The notes below the pieces were generated by a model that was given only the letters and a program-made list of their open reading frames with translations, was not told where the DNA came from and did not search any database. From Amphiscolops sp. MND2022 (Eukaryota), in contig OZ076409.1 in assembly GCA_964187785.1 (NCBI GenBank), positions 74,650,001-74,714,000 of the forward strand: 64,000 bases of DNA, in the 5' to 3' direction. A program made the position numbers and the translations under genes. This document shows, piece after piece, positions 52,683 to 63,243 of the stretch (position 1 is the stretch's first letter; the number at the start of each line of letters is the position of its first letter).

Positions 52683-55600
52683 GTGCGCCGGGGTGTTGTC
52701 CCCAGCCCTTTCCGCCGGCGAGGGTAGGGTTCCCTTCGCCGGCTTGAACTTCGCGAAGCCAAGCTTACGTATTAGCAAACATGCCCCCTAAAAAATGCGA
52801 TCTCGAAAATGAACCGTCAGAACCGGCTAATTTTTTGCATGCACCCATATTTTGGGAAGACAAGAATTTTTTTCTGCTGACGTTTTGCCGAAAAAACACT
52901 CCTTCATGTTTTTTTTTTCGGGTTTTTTTGGTTTTTTTCTCATCTTTTTCATCCGTGATTAATCAATCACCGAATCAAAGGCCATTTTCAGTATGAAGCA
53001 GTGCCCATAGCAACAAAATGGATATGTACAAAAATCATCAATGGTTAACGGTCTTTCGAACGGTCCAAAAAAATTTCCCCCAGGGGGCACGGAAAGTGCC
53101 GAAAAGTGCCAAAGTATTTTTTTTGATTGAATCATTTTGATAAATTTGATGATTTGAGCAGCCGGAACGGTCCGCACGGTCACGGACCATGAGGTCAAAA
53201 AGTGTCAGCATTCAATGGTGGTTTCAAAAATACAATTCATTCACCTGTAGGGGTCGTATTAAAAAAGTCGATTTTTTGGGGTGTATCGCTTGATGAGCTA
53301 CGATGAAATTTTTTACACAGTACTTTTCATTCAAATACTCAACACGCAGCACCATTAGCAGCAAAAGTCATACGTTTGAAAAAGATCAGGGGGCTGGGCT
53401 CTTTCCACGGTACTACTGCAAAGTAGGCCTAGGGCAATGAATGTGCCAAAAAATGCCTTATAGTGAGGAATGATTTTTTGCAAATCTGCTCATGTTAACA
53501 AACATGTTAATTCCTGGTCATCAACGGTCCGCACGGTCTTAAACAATATGGTCAAAAAAAGTCAGTGAGCTATGGTGACATCGATAATGACATTCGATAA
53601 CCTCTGGGGGTCCTATGAAAAAAATTATTTTTTTTGAGTCACGGTCCGAGTTGATCTCATACGTCGTATGAACATTTCATAATCATGTTACTCATAACCG
53701 AGCACACATAGCACCGTGGGTCTTTTCTATGAAAATGAACATTGGGCAGCTGTCTAACGATGGAAAGCAAAAAACATACCCTAGTTGCAATTGTGAGAGA
53801 AAAAAGTTCTCAGAAGTGTTATATTCAATTTTTCATGTCGACTCGGACTTACAAAAATGTGATTTTCTCTTTAGGAACGGTCCGAACGGTCTCGGGCCAT
53901 ATGATCAAAATTTGTCAGTGTGATATGGTGGCGCCCAAAAACACATCAGAACACTGGTAGGAAGCTTCTGAACGATTTTGGAATTTTCGCGTGGGTCCGA
54001 GAGTTATAGTGTCACATCGTAACTACATTTCGGGTATGCATATCTCCTCACAGAGTACAGATAGCATCATGGGTCACCTTTTCGAAAAAGAACGTGGGCC
54101 ACTGGTCTATCGGTTGGTCATAAAAAGTTTTCAGTCACTGATGCACGGCGTGAATAATACGCCAATATGGGGTATTTAGCATTTTTTTGCACTACTCGGA
54201 CCTACAAAAGGCCCATTTCTGCTCCACCAACGGTCCGTACGGTATTCGACCATAAGGTCAAAAAGTGTCAGTGTGCCACAGTGACGCCCAAAAACCAATC
54301 AGTACACTTGTAGAGTGCTTCTGAAAAAAATTGATATTTTTAGGTGAGTCTGAGAGTTATAGAGAGTTATGTTGTCACATCGTAACTGCATTTCGGGTAC
54401 GTATATCTCCTGACAGAGTACAGATAGCAACATGGGTCATCTTTTGGAAAGTAAACGTTGGCCACTGGCCTACCAAATGGTGATAAAAAGTTTCCACCAG
54501 TTGCTACAGGGAGTGATAAAAGTGCTTACATGGGTTACATAGCATTTTTTCAGGCGACTCGGACTTACAAAAAGCTCATTTGCTCGCGAACAACGGTCTA
54601 TACGGTCTCCACTCATAGGGTCGAAAATTTTGCGTGGGCTATGGTGACGCACAAAAACCCATTTGTTTACTTGTGGGATCATTCGGTAAAAATTTAGTGT
54701 TTTCGTGCAGACTATGTTACATATTATATTTGGAACCGTGTTTTTTTCTCACCAAATTTATGTTTTTGAGTGCCCAAAAACCATTTTTAAAGCCCAATAG
54801 CCACCTAAAATGGTCTTTTGCATAACATGGGATGCGAATAACGTAAAGAAAGTGCTCACTGTGGATTTGGAGTCATTTCGAAAAAATCAGGTGCCATTAG
54901 ACGTTACATTACAGAAAATCGTACCTTACATATCGATATATGGGTTGAGTGAAAATCAACTAAAGTGCTTTTTCACTCAACCAAGACTCCGTTTTGGTCA
55001 TAACCAAGTATACAGCTGACGTGGAACACATATTGACCTTTCACAATGGTTACATTGCTAATTTGAGTATCAAAAGGTATGTTGACAAACAAAAGTTCAA
55101 GATAAATTTTGTTTCCAATTCGTTTTTTGACGTATACGACCACCAATTTTTGCCAACAAACATCAACTATCCCCTTCTGTTAGTCCAGTGGCATGTGAAA
55201 AAGACAACTGGGCCTTGACAAGGCACATGCACTATATTTCGAGTAGTCATGAGCAACAATATTTTCGATTCAATTGTAAAATTTGTCTGAAATTGATAAA
55301 ACATCGCATTTTTGTTGGAGTCGAATTGAGAAAATGGAGGTTTATCAGCAACTATTAAGTTTTAGAGCAACCCACTGGCACTTTTATTTAAGAAAACGAT
55401 GTTTACAGTACTTTCAAGGTACTTTTTTGAATCTGAAGTAGCTAAAAATATCAAACTGAATAAACATATGACTTCAACTTCGGCATTTTTCCGGATGTGT
55501 CACCACTTTTTTGGTATCGGCGGTCCTACTAAGACTGTATTTGGTCTAACAGGTAACTTGACAATCAGCCAAAGTAGTTAACAGACTTGTAAAACAATCC

Positions 55601-57570
55601 AAGGCAATTTCATATGTCAAAAGTAGTAATGAGAAGAAATCTTTCTCAAAAATTCATATCATGTGTCAAATTTCAGTCCACCTTTTTATAATCGGTGCTT
55701 GTTGGTTATGGTATCAACGCTCAACAACAAGCTCACTGGCAAGAAGCAACTTGTTTCTAGTTATAAAAAGTATTTATAAAACTACCATGCTCGTTCTTGA
55801 CAGATTTTTCATCCCATTCGTTCTCAACATGAAAAAATTTGTTCCCGAAAACCCAATTTTTGCATGGTCGAAAATTGAATTTTTGTCATTTGAGCAACAA
55901 CATTGTGCCTGACATAACCTGTGGCCCTCAAAATACTCAAAAACGAAAGTGTGACTGGTATCAAATGCTTCAGTGACATGTGAGTCGCGATAACACGTTT
56001 TGCGAAGAAAAATTCAACTTTCAAGTGGATATTTTTAAGACACATTTTCATAATGAAAACAGAATTCATAGAAAACTAACCTATTTCCCGTCAAATACTA
56101 TTGATATACTATCAGTGTTGCTAATATGAGGTCTATACAGCGGCGTATGGGAAAAATGTGGCGCATAAAGCATTGCATAACACAAAGCTTACCGAAGTAC
56201 TGAGAATTTTTCACTGTACTTTTTGCACTCTATCACGAAAATTTGATAGTGTAAACATCAAAGAGCAGTTCAATTTAGTACATTTACTCAACTTGGCATA
56301 TATTTCAAAGTGCTTGATCTCTCCATCATTCAAAACTCTTTTGTTACGGCTTAAAATAATCATACGGTTTAAAACGCATTCTTCATTAATAGATGTATTA
56401 CCAAAGACTGATTCACCTTTACGGTAGCTAACCAAAATGTCAATAGGTTCAAAGGCTCTCACTACTTGGACTTTTCAGACTCTATAGATTTGACAACCTA
56501 CTCACGTTGATAACATTTGCTTATTGTAGAAATGAGATTGAAACATGTTTTTTGGAAACAGCTGATAACTGCATCTTTTGATAGCCTTCCAGGTTGGCCT
56601 TGTGTCAACTTGGGAAGGCTATCACTACAAAAAACAAAAAACTAGGTTTTCGTTTTGATAGGTATTTGCGGTTGATTATTTCATTCAACTTTCTATTGTC
56701 CCACAAATTGATACAAGTGGTCAACAGACCTTTTTCAGAATCCGTTAACCGAAATTGAAGTTAATGAATACATTTTTCATTGTTTCTCTTTTTCCGGATT
56801 CAACTTGAATTTCGTGAATTTGTTAAGTACTGTTCAATCACAATAATCGTTGTACACCCCTATTAGCTTCACGAAGCCACCGGCCACCCCACATGACATT
56901 ATAACGTAAGTTCCTCTGTTTAATAAGGCTTTCATAAGTGGTGTCATAGTGTGGAAAACAAATCGCATGGAAAAATACATGGTCATGGACAAAAATCAGC
57001 AAGTCCTGGTGACAAACGTTTAGTATAAACTTCGTTCTCCCAGTTAATATACTTTACAGAAAATCTTCTTTCATTATTTTAGACAATTCATAAAACAGAA
57101 AATTTTTCCAACAACGTTTCGGAGACATAAATTAATTTTATAAGAGGAAGACAAAAATCAAAACATTTCGCATGTTAGCTGGGTCAGGTTCGTTCCCCTT
57201 TTCCGTAGAAAGATTACCGCATCCACCACTTTCAACGCCAATTTCACTAATATTTGGAGAAAAAAATGTTCACGATTCAGACACATTCATATCTAGGAAA
57301 ATTGACCAATTACCACAATTCAATCTTTACCGTGAGTTCAGCCAATGACAGTGCGTCTTTCGACTAATGAAGAGCGGGGGCTATCTTTGCTTTCTTTCCA
57401 CAACAGTTACCATTAACAATCCATTGGCAATATGATGACATGTATCATTCAATCACAAACAACTTTTCTCCAACACATGTCTTACGCTGGACGTAGTTCA
57501 AGAAATTTTTCTATCTTTCCTGTCAAACGTCCGTCATATCTAGTGCTTAGAGTTGAGCTGCCATCGCTAG
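52683..57570 (+). mobile_element. Array unit J1 (4888 bp, longest unit, related to D)
   Basis: Starts gtgcgccgggg and ends ccatcgctag like D1. Contains an internal ~356-bp tandem repeat and unique distal sequence. Confidence 0.6.
53160..54700 (+). repeat. Degenerate ~355-bp tandem repeat (about 5 periods) inside unit J1
   Basis: An AACGGTC-[CG/TA]-NACGGT...GGTCAAAA-like anchor recurs at ~53166, 53523, 53876, 54229 and 54592 (spacings 357, 353, 353, 363). Confidence 0.8.
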
Positions 57571-58302
57571 GTGGTTGGGGCGGTCCCCAGAACGCACAAG
57601 GAGGCGCGGGGAGGGTCCTGCGCCGACGTAGAATAATTTCATATAATACTAGTATCCTACATGGGTGTTTTAGAGGCGATTTTGGAATCTAACCGTAGGA
57701 TTTGGATAATTTTTTGCATGCGGCCATAACTCGAAAATCTAAGAACTTTTTCCTACTGTCATTTTCCCCGCAAATTGTTTTTTGTTGACTTATGGCCGAA
57801 AAACCGGAAATAACGTCCTTTTTAGACGTTATATCCGAAGTGTCGTCATAACTTTTTTCCAGGGCATGCTAGCGTTCTCGTTCACTTTTACACTTAGTTG
57901 CAGCATCTCAAAATACAACTGGTGGAAAATTTTGGTTGCATTCGGATCACCCCCCACCGAGATAGAAGGGTTCCCCCCTCCAGTTTTACCCCCCAAATTT
58001 GCAAAATAGCCATTTTTGAGCATGAAGCCGAGGATTTAGCGTACCCGCACCCTCCTGATGTTTTGTTGTACGTATTGGGGTCAATCTGACGACATGTGTG
58101 GTTTTCACCCCCAACCCCCCCTTGGACCGGAAATGACACTTTTTTGTGTTTTTTGGCAGAATTTAGCCTTTTTCATTATTAGGCAGTCGTTTTAGGGACT
58201 CCTAGCAGGATATCGAAATTGAAATACAACCTGATCACAACCCAGTGACAACATGTTGGCCACTTGGAGGTATCATCATGACCGGAAGAGGGGTCAACCC
58301 CC
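57571..58302 (+). mobile_element. Array unit A8, 3'-truncated (right end of the array)
   Basis: Matches family A for ~730 bp, then switches to unrelated sequence after ggggtcaaccccc. Confidence 0.75.
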
Positions 58303-58540
58303 ATTACGATACACATGCCGGTACGAACTAGCAGGATCCTGCTAGTTCGATTTTTGTCCAATCAGAGCGCGAATATTTTTTTTGGAAGTTTTACACTTTT
58401 CTCACATTACGCGCATTGATAGGCCGTTACACTCGTTGATTTTGCTACGTACGTTGACTAGTTTACACCATTGGATAGTACAGTAATTGACTAGCTTACA
58501 CCATATGACTAGTTTAAGCAATTTGACTAACTACACTGTG
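58303..58540. repeat. Unclassified repeat/transposon end with a 26-bp perfect palindrome and short subrepeats
   Basis: cgaactagcagga|tcctgctagttcg at 58324-58349. TGACTAG(T/C)TTACACCA-like motif 3-4 times at 58454-58536. Abuts the broken A8 unit. Right boundary uncertain. Confidence 0.45.
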
Positions 58541-59116
58541 CATCTCATATTTACACATAGTTCTGGCAATTACGGGTTTTTACTGGTGAGCTACACACGC
58601 CGACTCGTAACTACACTGCTTGATTCGCCTACACAGTATCAAATCGCATAAACAGTAAATCTGACTACAGGAAGTGCTCACGACAGGGACCAAAATTACC
58701 AAGTTCAATGAAGCAACCGCCCCTTCATTATGAGACCTACTTTCATTTGTTTGGGAAGTCTTGGATGGGGGGGGGGTGTTGTTGGATAAGAAACAGTATT
58801 TATCTGAGGGAGGATAAGGCACATGGTCCAAACTTCGTTTTTAGTTCAATAATTCAAGATCGGTGTTCCATAAACTACTGTTTTCGGTTTGATAAAGTTT
58901 CAACTTCGTATAGACTATTTGTTACAACTTTTCTTGATGTTGCTCACGACAGGGATCAAAACCACATATGTACGTTATCAATTTTTTATTTTGAATAATA
59001 TCAATAAATATCAATTAATTTTTTATTGAATAAAAGAATAATATCATGAATTGACAATATATTGTTCAGAAATAATAAATTCGATTGTGAGGATTACTCT
59101 TTCTTGAAGATGTTGT

Positions 59117-59610
59117 AAAAACAAACCGGGTCCGGCCCAAGTCGGCGCCATATCCAAGGCTCAAAAATAGCAAAAGGACTTCCCAGTGTCAAGTATTCTC
59201 TTCTACAGTACCCGCATGAAAAAAGGAAAAAAATCGGAAAATTTTCGATTTTTTTTGAAGAACCAAAAAAATGGACTGAGTGGCGCGCCGGGCTGATTTG
59301 GGATTTTCCAACATCCATTCTGTCGCAAAACAGCAGAAAAATTGAAGGGGGACCCTTTGGGGGAAAAATTTCCGAAAAAAGTCTCGCAGTGCCGAAAAAA
59401 ATTGAAGGGGTACCCTTTGGTCTCGCCCGGTACGGTATGTTACGCGGGAAAACAGGAAAAACCTTTTTGGTTCAGTTCGCTAGGCCAAATGGTGCAATTT
59501 GGTGCAATAATATTTTGTAGAACTTTTAAGAACTACTTTGGTCAGTTCGTGGTGATAGAAAAAAAGAGCCACTATAATAGTCGCGTTTCACTTCATGAAG
59601 CACCGACTAA
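59117..59610 (-). mobile_element. Non-autonomous Helentron/DINE-1-like (HINE-type) element
   Basis: Subterminal inverted repeats AGTCGGCGC (59140) and GCACCGACT (59600). Extra partial IR tagtcg near one end, small GC stem near the other. A-rich termini and internal ~60-bp repeats (aaaattgaagggg.accctttgg). Related to the copy at 63244. Confidence 0.6.
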
Positions 59611-59981
59611 GAAATTGCAGCTGTTGAAAACTTAAAATTCGCTAAGCCAATGTTTTCTTCCAGAAAGCGCCTCTTGAGCGTAAACCAGCCAGTCATAAGC
59701 GCAGCAACCAATAAGCGTTTTTTGTGGAACCTAATTCACTGCTGACAATCAATTGTCGATTTAACAGGTTCCTCGGTTGTGGGCAAAGTTATTTTGCCTC
59801 TAGTTTCTTCATCTTGACTTTTAATTTCCTGTCCAATTTTGGACGTTTTAAACATCCCGAGCTATGAGATCATTTGCTGATATACTTATCGTGCTGGTTT
59901 CGGATACTGGATAGCCAACTCTGCATGAAAACCGGATTAAACTTGCTATCAGGTACACCGCTAGTGTGAGCAATGCTCCAG

Positions 59982-60235
59982 TTTTTTAGTCGGCGCTTTT
60001 TGAAATAAAACGCAACTATTTTAGCGGTTTTCTGTCGCTTTTTTTCCAATCCAATCGAAATGACCCAAAAAGTTCTACAATAGGCTTAAGATAAGGAAGT
60101 TCTCTCTTATGGTTTTTTATTTCGTCAAGGTGCTTGAAGTTTTCATCTCAAAATAACTCAACTTTTTCAAAATTTTTTGAGCTTGAAGGAGCCCCCTCTG
60201 GATAATTTTCGCACTGCGGGTGTTTCTGGGATTTT
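59982..60235 (+). mobile_element. Degenerate partial copy of the same HINE-like group, opposite orientation
   Basis: ttttttAGTCGGCGCtttttgaaataaaacgcaactat matches the reverse complement of the 59577-59610 end. Downstream similarity decays. Confidence 0.45.
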
Positions 60236-60337
60236 CCACGGTACCACGATAGAGTCTATTAAAAACTAGAGATAGAGTCTATTGAGCCTCGAGCCTTCCG
60301 AGTTGAGGAATTCCTGTTGAGGTATTCGAATATTTAG

Positions 60338-60607
60338 TCAAAGTTTCGTGTAATGACAAACTGAATATCTAGTGAAATCCGACGGAATATCGTTCAGTCC
60401 TGTTTCCGAGACCTCTGCCACATTTCCATCTCCGTCGGGATTTGGATACTTCCATAGGAGTTTACTAGCATCCACGACTTTTCCGTCGTTGTTCGTCCAG
60501 TTACCATTATCATCAATTCGTATTCCGACATGAAATCTCCTGCGCGGGTCTTCTGATAACGCAGTTGTATTTAGGAGTTTTGTAAATTCTTGCATACATT
60601 TTTTCAT
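60338..60607 (-). CDS. C-type lectin-like domain, C-terminal portion (exon or pseudogene fragment)
   Basis: The translation has CTLD-like motifs in the correct order: FHVGIR (xWIGL equivalent), GNWTNNDG, W..PNPDG, GLNDIP (WND equivalent) and terminal YSVC. An in-frame TGA ~30 nt upstream of the ATG means it is either spliced or disrupted. Confidence 0.55.
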   Translation of the reverse strand: MKKCMQEFTKLLNTTALSEDPRRRFHVGIRIDDNGNWTNNDGKVVDASKLLWKYPNPDGDGNVAEVSETGLNDIPSDFTRYSVCHYTKL

Positions 60608-63243
60608 AAGTTCCCAATTTTCAGCTATTCTTTTTCAAAAGATTTTGAACCTGTGTGGGATCAAATGCATCTTTCTGCTCCCAAACGTCTGGACTAGAAC
60701 AAGTGAACAACCACTAGAACAAGAAAATGGCCGCCGCTCAACTCACTGTTTTCGTCTCATTGAGTTCTTTTAAAATAAAGGTTTATCGGGCATTTATTTA
60801 ATCAAAAACGCAAATTAAAAAGACCCTCGCTGACTTGTTAAGCCCAGATTTAGAGATAAGAAAGTCTATCTGTGACTGTGATCCATCGAAGTCGTCGAAA
60901 AGTGTTGCGCCCAGTTTTTCGCAATTAGCTTTAGCTGCATTCCAGCTCTTTGCTTTTTTGATGCCTCTTCACGCAGGTTTGCAATAGCATTAGGTGCTTG
61001 TTTAGAATATGCCTTTAAAAATCGCATTGTAATGCAAGCATTCCTAGGATTAGATTCGTTTGTGTTTATGTACAATGATGTGATGGGTTAGAACTTGGCG
61101 TCTCATTAAGCATGTTTTCATCACTGACCTCCTAAAAGTTTTTATCTCTGAAATGCCCATCTTTTGGCGTTTTTTCAGTGTATTGGTACTAGTGGTTCGT
61201 ATCTTGTTTCGAATTATCAAGCGCATGTCCATCATTAATATCTCCACAACTACACGTACCATAGAAACGAACTATAGCGCATTTGAAAGGTCTGGTACTG
61301 GGCTTTCATTTTGGTCAGGTGAGCCCCTGTCGTCGCGCGCCCTCTCTTTCAGAATTTCAGTTTCTTTTTCGGTACTGCCGCCACGCGGCCATTCAGCAGT
61401 TCGGGGCTTGCAGTAATAACAAACAGGACATTATTGAGGTTTGTTGCACACGGACGTGTTGTGGAAGCGTATGTGGTATAATGCTTAGGCCTTTCAAATC
61501 AATCTAAGTACCAATTAATTGTTGAAAAAAAACTGTGCTAGAGAATATGGGCTACTGGCAGAAGGAATCCGAAAGTGAAAAATAGGTAGGCTGCTTCAAA
61601 GTACCACTAGGGTCATTAGGGTTAATGACTCTCAACTTGTTTCTTGAAACCTTTCTTATTATAGGTTTTTATGAAATGCTGAAAAAGATATAAACTGCAA
61701 TGGTGAACAAAAGGAGTAGCATATTCAACGATAGCCCAAGACGACACCTTTCAGTGCCAATTTCATTGCGGTCCTTAGTCATGAAAATTGAATGTTTTGA
61801 AAGACATTTGATGTTACTTTTATTCATTTTAGAGGCAAAAATAGAAAAGGTGTAATTACCCCTGTGACGGTTTGCTCTTCTGGTATTCTGATTGCTTGGA
61901 TTTGTCTGTTCAAGTGAGCTTCGAAAGTGATATTTTTAACATGGAAGGGTCCAGTGATATACACTGGGAAACCACAAATATTTTTATAGCTCCTTTTTTC
62001 TTAGCTCCTTCGTACCTTGATCCCTTCGACTAGAGGTATTCAATTCTTACAAGGAGCTACGTGGAGTTATTTATTAACAGTTGAAGATATCAAGTAAGCT
62101 ATTGTCTAGTATAAGTAGTAGGAAGCGTTTGCTATCGTGACTTGTCATTCAGTTCATTTGTGTAACTTGCAATTTATCATTAGGTTATAATTCTTGGCCT
62201 AAAAAACTAGGCTTTGCACTACAATAGGGTAGAAAGTTTTTTTTTAATTTTTGGAAAATTTACTTGGAATGTTTCATGAATTGACAGTTGTAGAATATTA
62301 GCGAGCGGCGAAAGACCCATGGGTCTGCTGCCATGTGTCACTTGTCTAATCAAATTCAAGTTAGAAACTTTTCCCTTCCAACGGTATGATCCCTCTTGTA
62401 CTTTTGATACTTTTTAAACGCTTCTCAAGCACTCTTGGCTCTGAAATTTGCAACCATGCCTTATCCATTCAACTACCATCACGTCTCCAGAACCACTGCA
62501 TGTTTTCCCACCGTGGAACCCCTCAAAACATTTCGGGGGCAAATGTCGTTGCCAGTAATTTAGCCTCTGAAGCTCCTCGAAAGGTTCCTCATTTATCCAT
62601 TGACCGTCAACCCTCTTCCCGTTTATGCGACATAAGTTGAGAAATTCACCGTCGTCTTGTATACTTTTGGAAGTTCCTTGTTGATTTAGCATACATTTCG
62701 TTCGATATTATCTCGATAGACTCTACCAGTCCATCTCGCCTAGTTGGGCCTCTAGAATTTTCTGATCTCATTTTCTTGAGATGAATTGCTTCTATTTATC
62801 AGCCACTCTGAGTCCCATAGCCTGGGCCATTTATAACAACCTCTTACTCTCTCTCTCTCTCTAGAGTTTGAAATTCCTTCTCCCAACAATATATCCATGT
62901 TACCGTAATCAGACATGTTATCCATTTCTCTAGACTTCTTTCTCTAGACCTCTAATTGAAGCCATAGAAAAGGTTAAAATGACCTGACCGACTAACAGCC
63001 CCGTTAGGCTTTTCAATGGACAAGGACAGGGGTTGGTATTGAATGTAAAATATCAGTTAAGGTATATAGTTAGGTCACTAGCTAGCACAGTCACTCCAAA
63101 GGGGCATCATTTTAATGTATAATTCCAAGTACATGTTATTTTTCATCAACAAATTATAGTAGACTAAATACCAACACCGACTAATTGAATATTTGGACTA
63201 GACCATTCCAGCTTTTTATCTATGTAGCATCGCAACAATGAAT

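Larger units (their letters stand above)
1..58302 (+). repeat. Mixed head-to-tail array of 31 non-coding units from ~11 families, joined at CT(A/G)GGTG(G/C)
   Basis: 30 junctions found. The last base of CTRG lies at 731, 2122, 3393, 5578, 6647, 8825, 10213, 11485, 13656, 15049, 16321, 18499, 20685, 22073, 24264, 26455, 28831, 30221, 31492, 32880, 35952, 39024, 42098, 44275, 45681, 47070, 48341, 51411, 52682 and 57570. Similarity between family copies starts and stops at these sites. The array runs off the left edge of the window. Confidence 0.95.

Noticed and set aside
732..57570. CRISPR array (conserved palindromic repeat with variable intervening sequence)
   Set aside because: Intervening segments are 1-5 kb, recur as families, and no cas-like ORFs are present.
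732..57570. Bacterial integron gene cassettes
   Set aside because: No GTTRRRY/RYYYAAC attC structure, no cassette ORFs, no integrase, and the context is eukaryote-like. The comparison is architectural only.
732..57570. Canonical Helitron, MITE, LTR or SINE classification of the units
   Set aside because: No TC 5' end or A|T target, the hairpin is ~50 bp rather than ~10-15 bp from CTRR, and there are no TIRs, TSDs, TG..CA ends or poly(A) tails.
732..58302. Simple satellite or higher-order repeat, rDNA spacer, histone or snRNA/SL gene cluster
   Set aside because: Unit order is aperiodic, and I recognised no rRNA, histone, tRNA or snRNA sequence. A covariance-model search was not possible, so small RNA genes are not strictly excluded.
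58675..58961. Direct repeat tgctcacgacaggga(c/t)caaaa at 58675 and 58941
   Set aside because: The repeat is real, but with only two copies and no other supporting structure it cannot be assigned; probably part of a decayed repeat.
60248..60283. 13-bp direct repeat gatagagtctatt separated by 10 bp
   Set aside because: Could be a slippage or excision footprint, but it is uninformative without an orthologous allele.
60866..61507. Overlapping short ORFs with coding-like composition on the minus strand
   Set aside because: Interrupted by stops and frameshifts with no recognisable domain; possibly decayed coding DNA.
62846..62862. (CT)n microsatellite
   Set aside because: Short and unremarkable.
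62386..63132. Possible decayed retroelement gag-like or LTR remnant on the minus strand (SDYGNMDILLGEG-like peptide, 92-aa ORF)
   Set aside because: Frameshifted, with no zinc knuckle, protease, RT, PBS or paired LTR visible. It cannot be supported without a database search.
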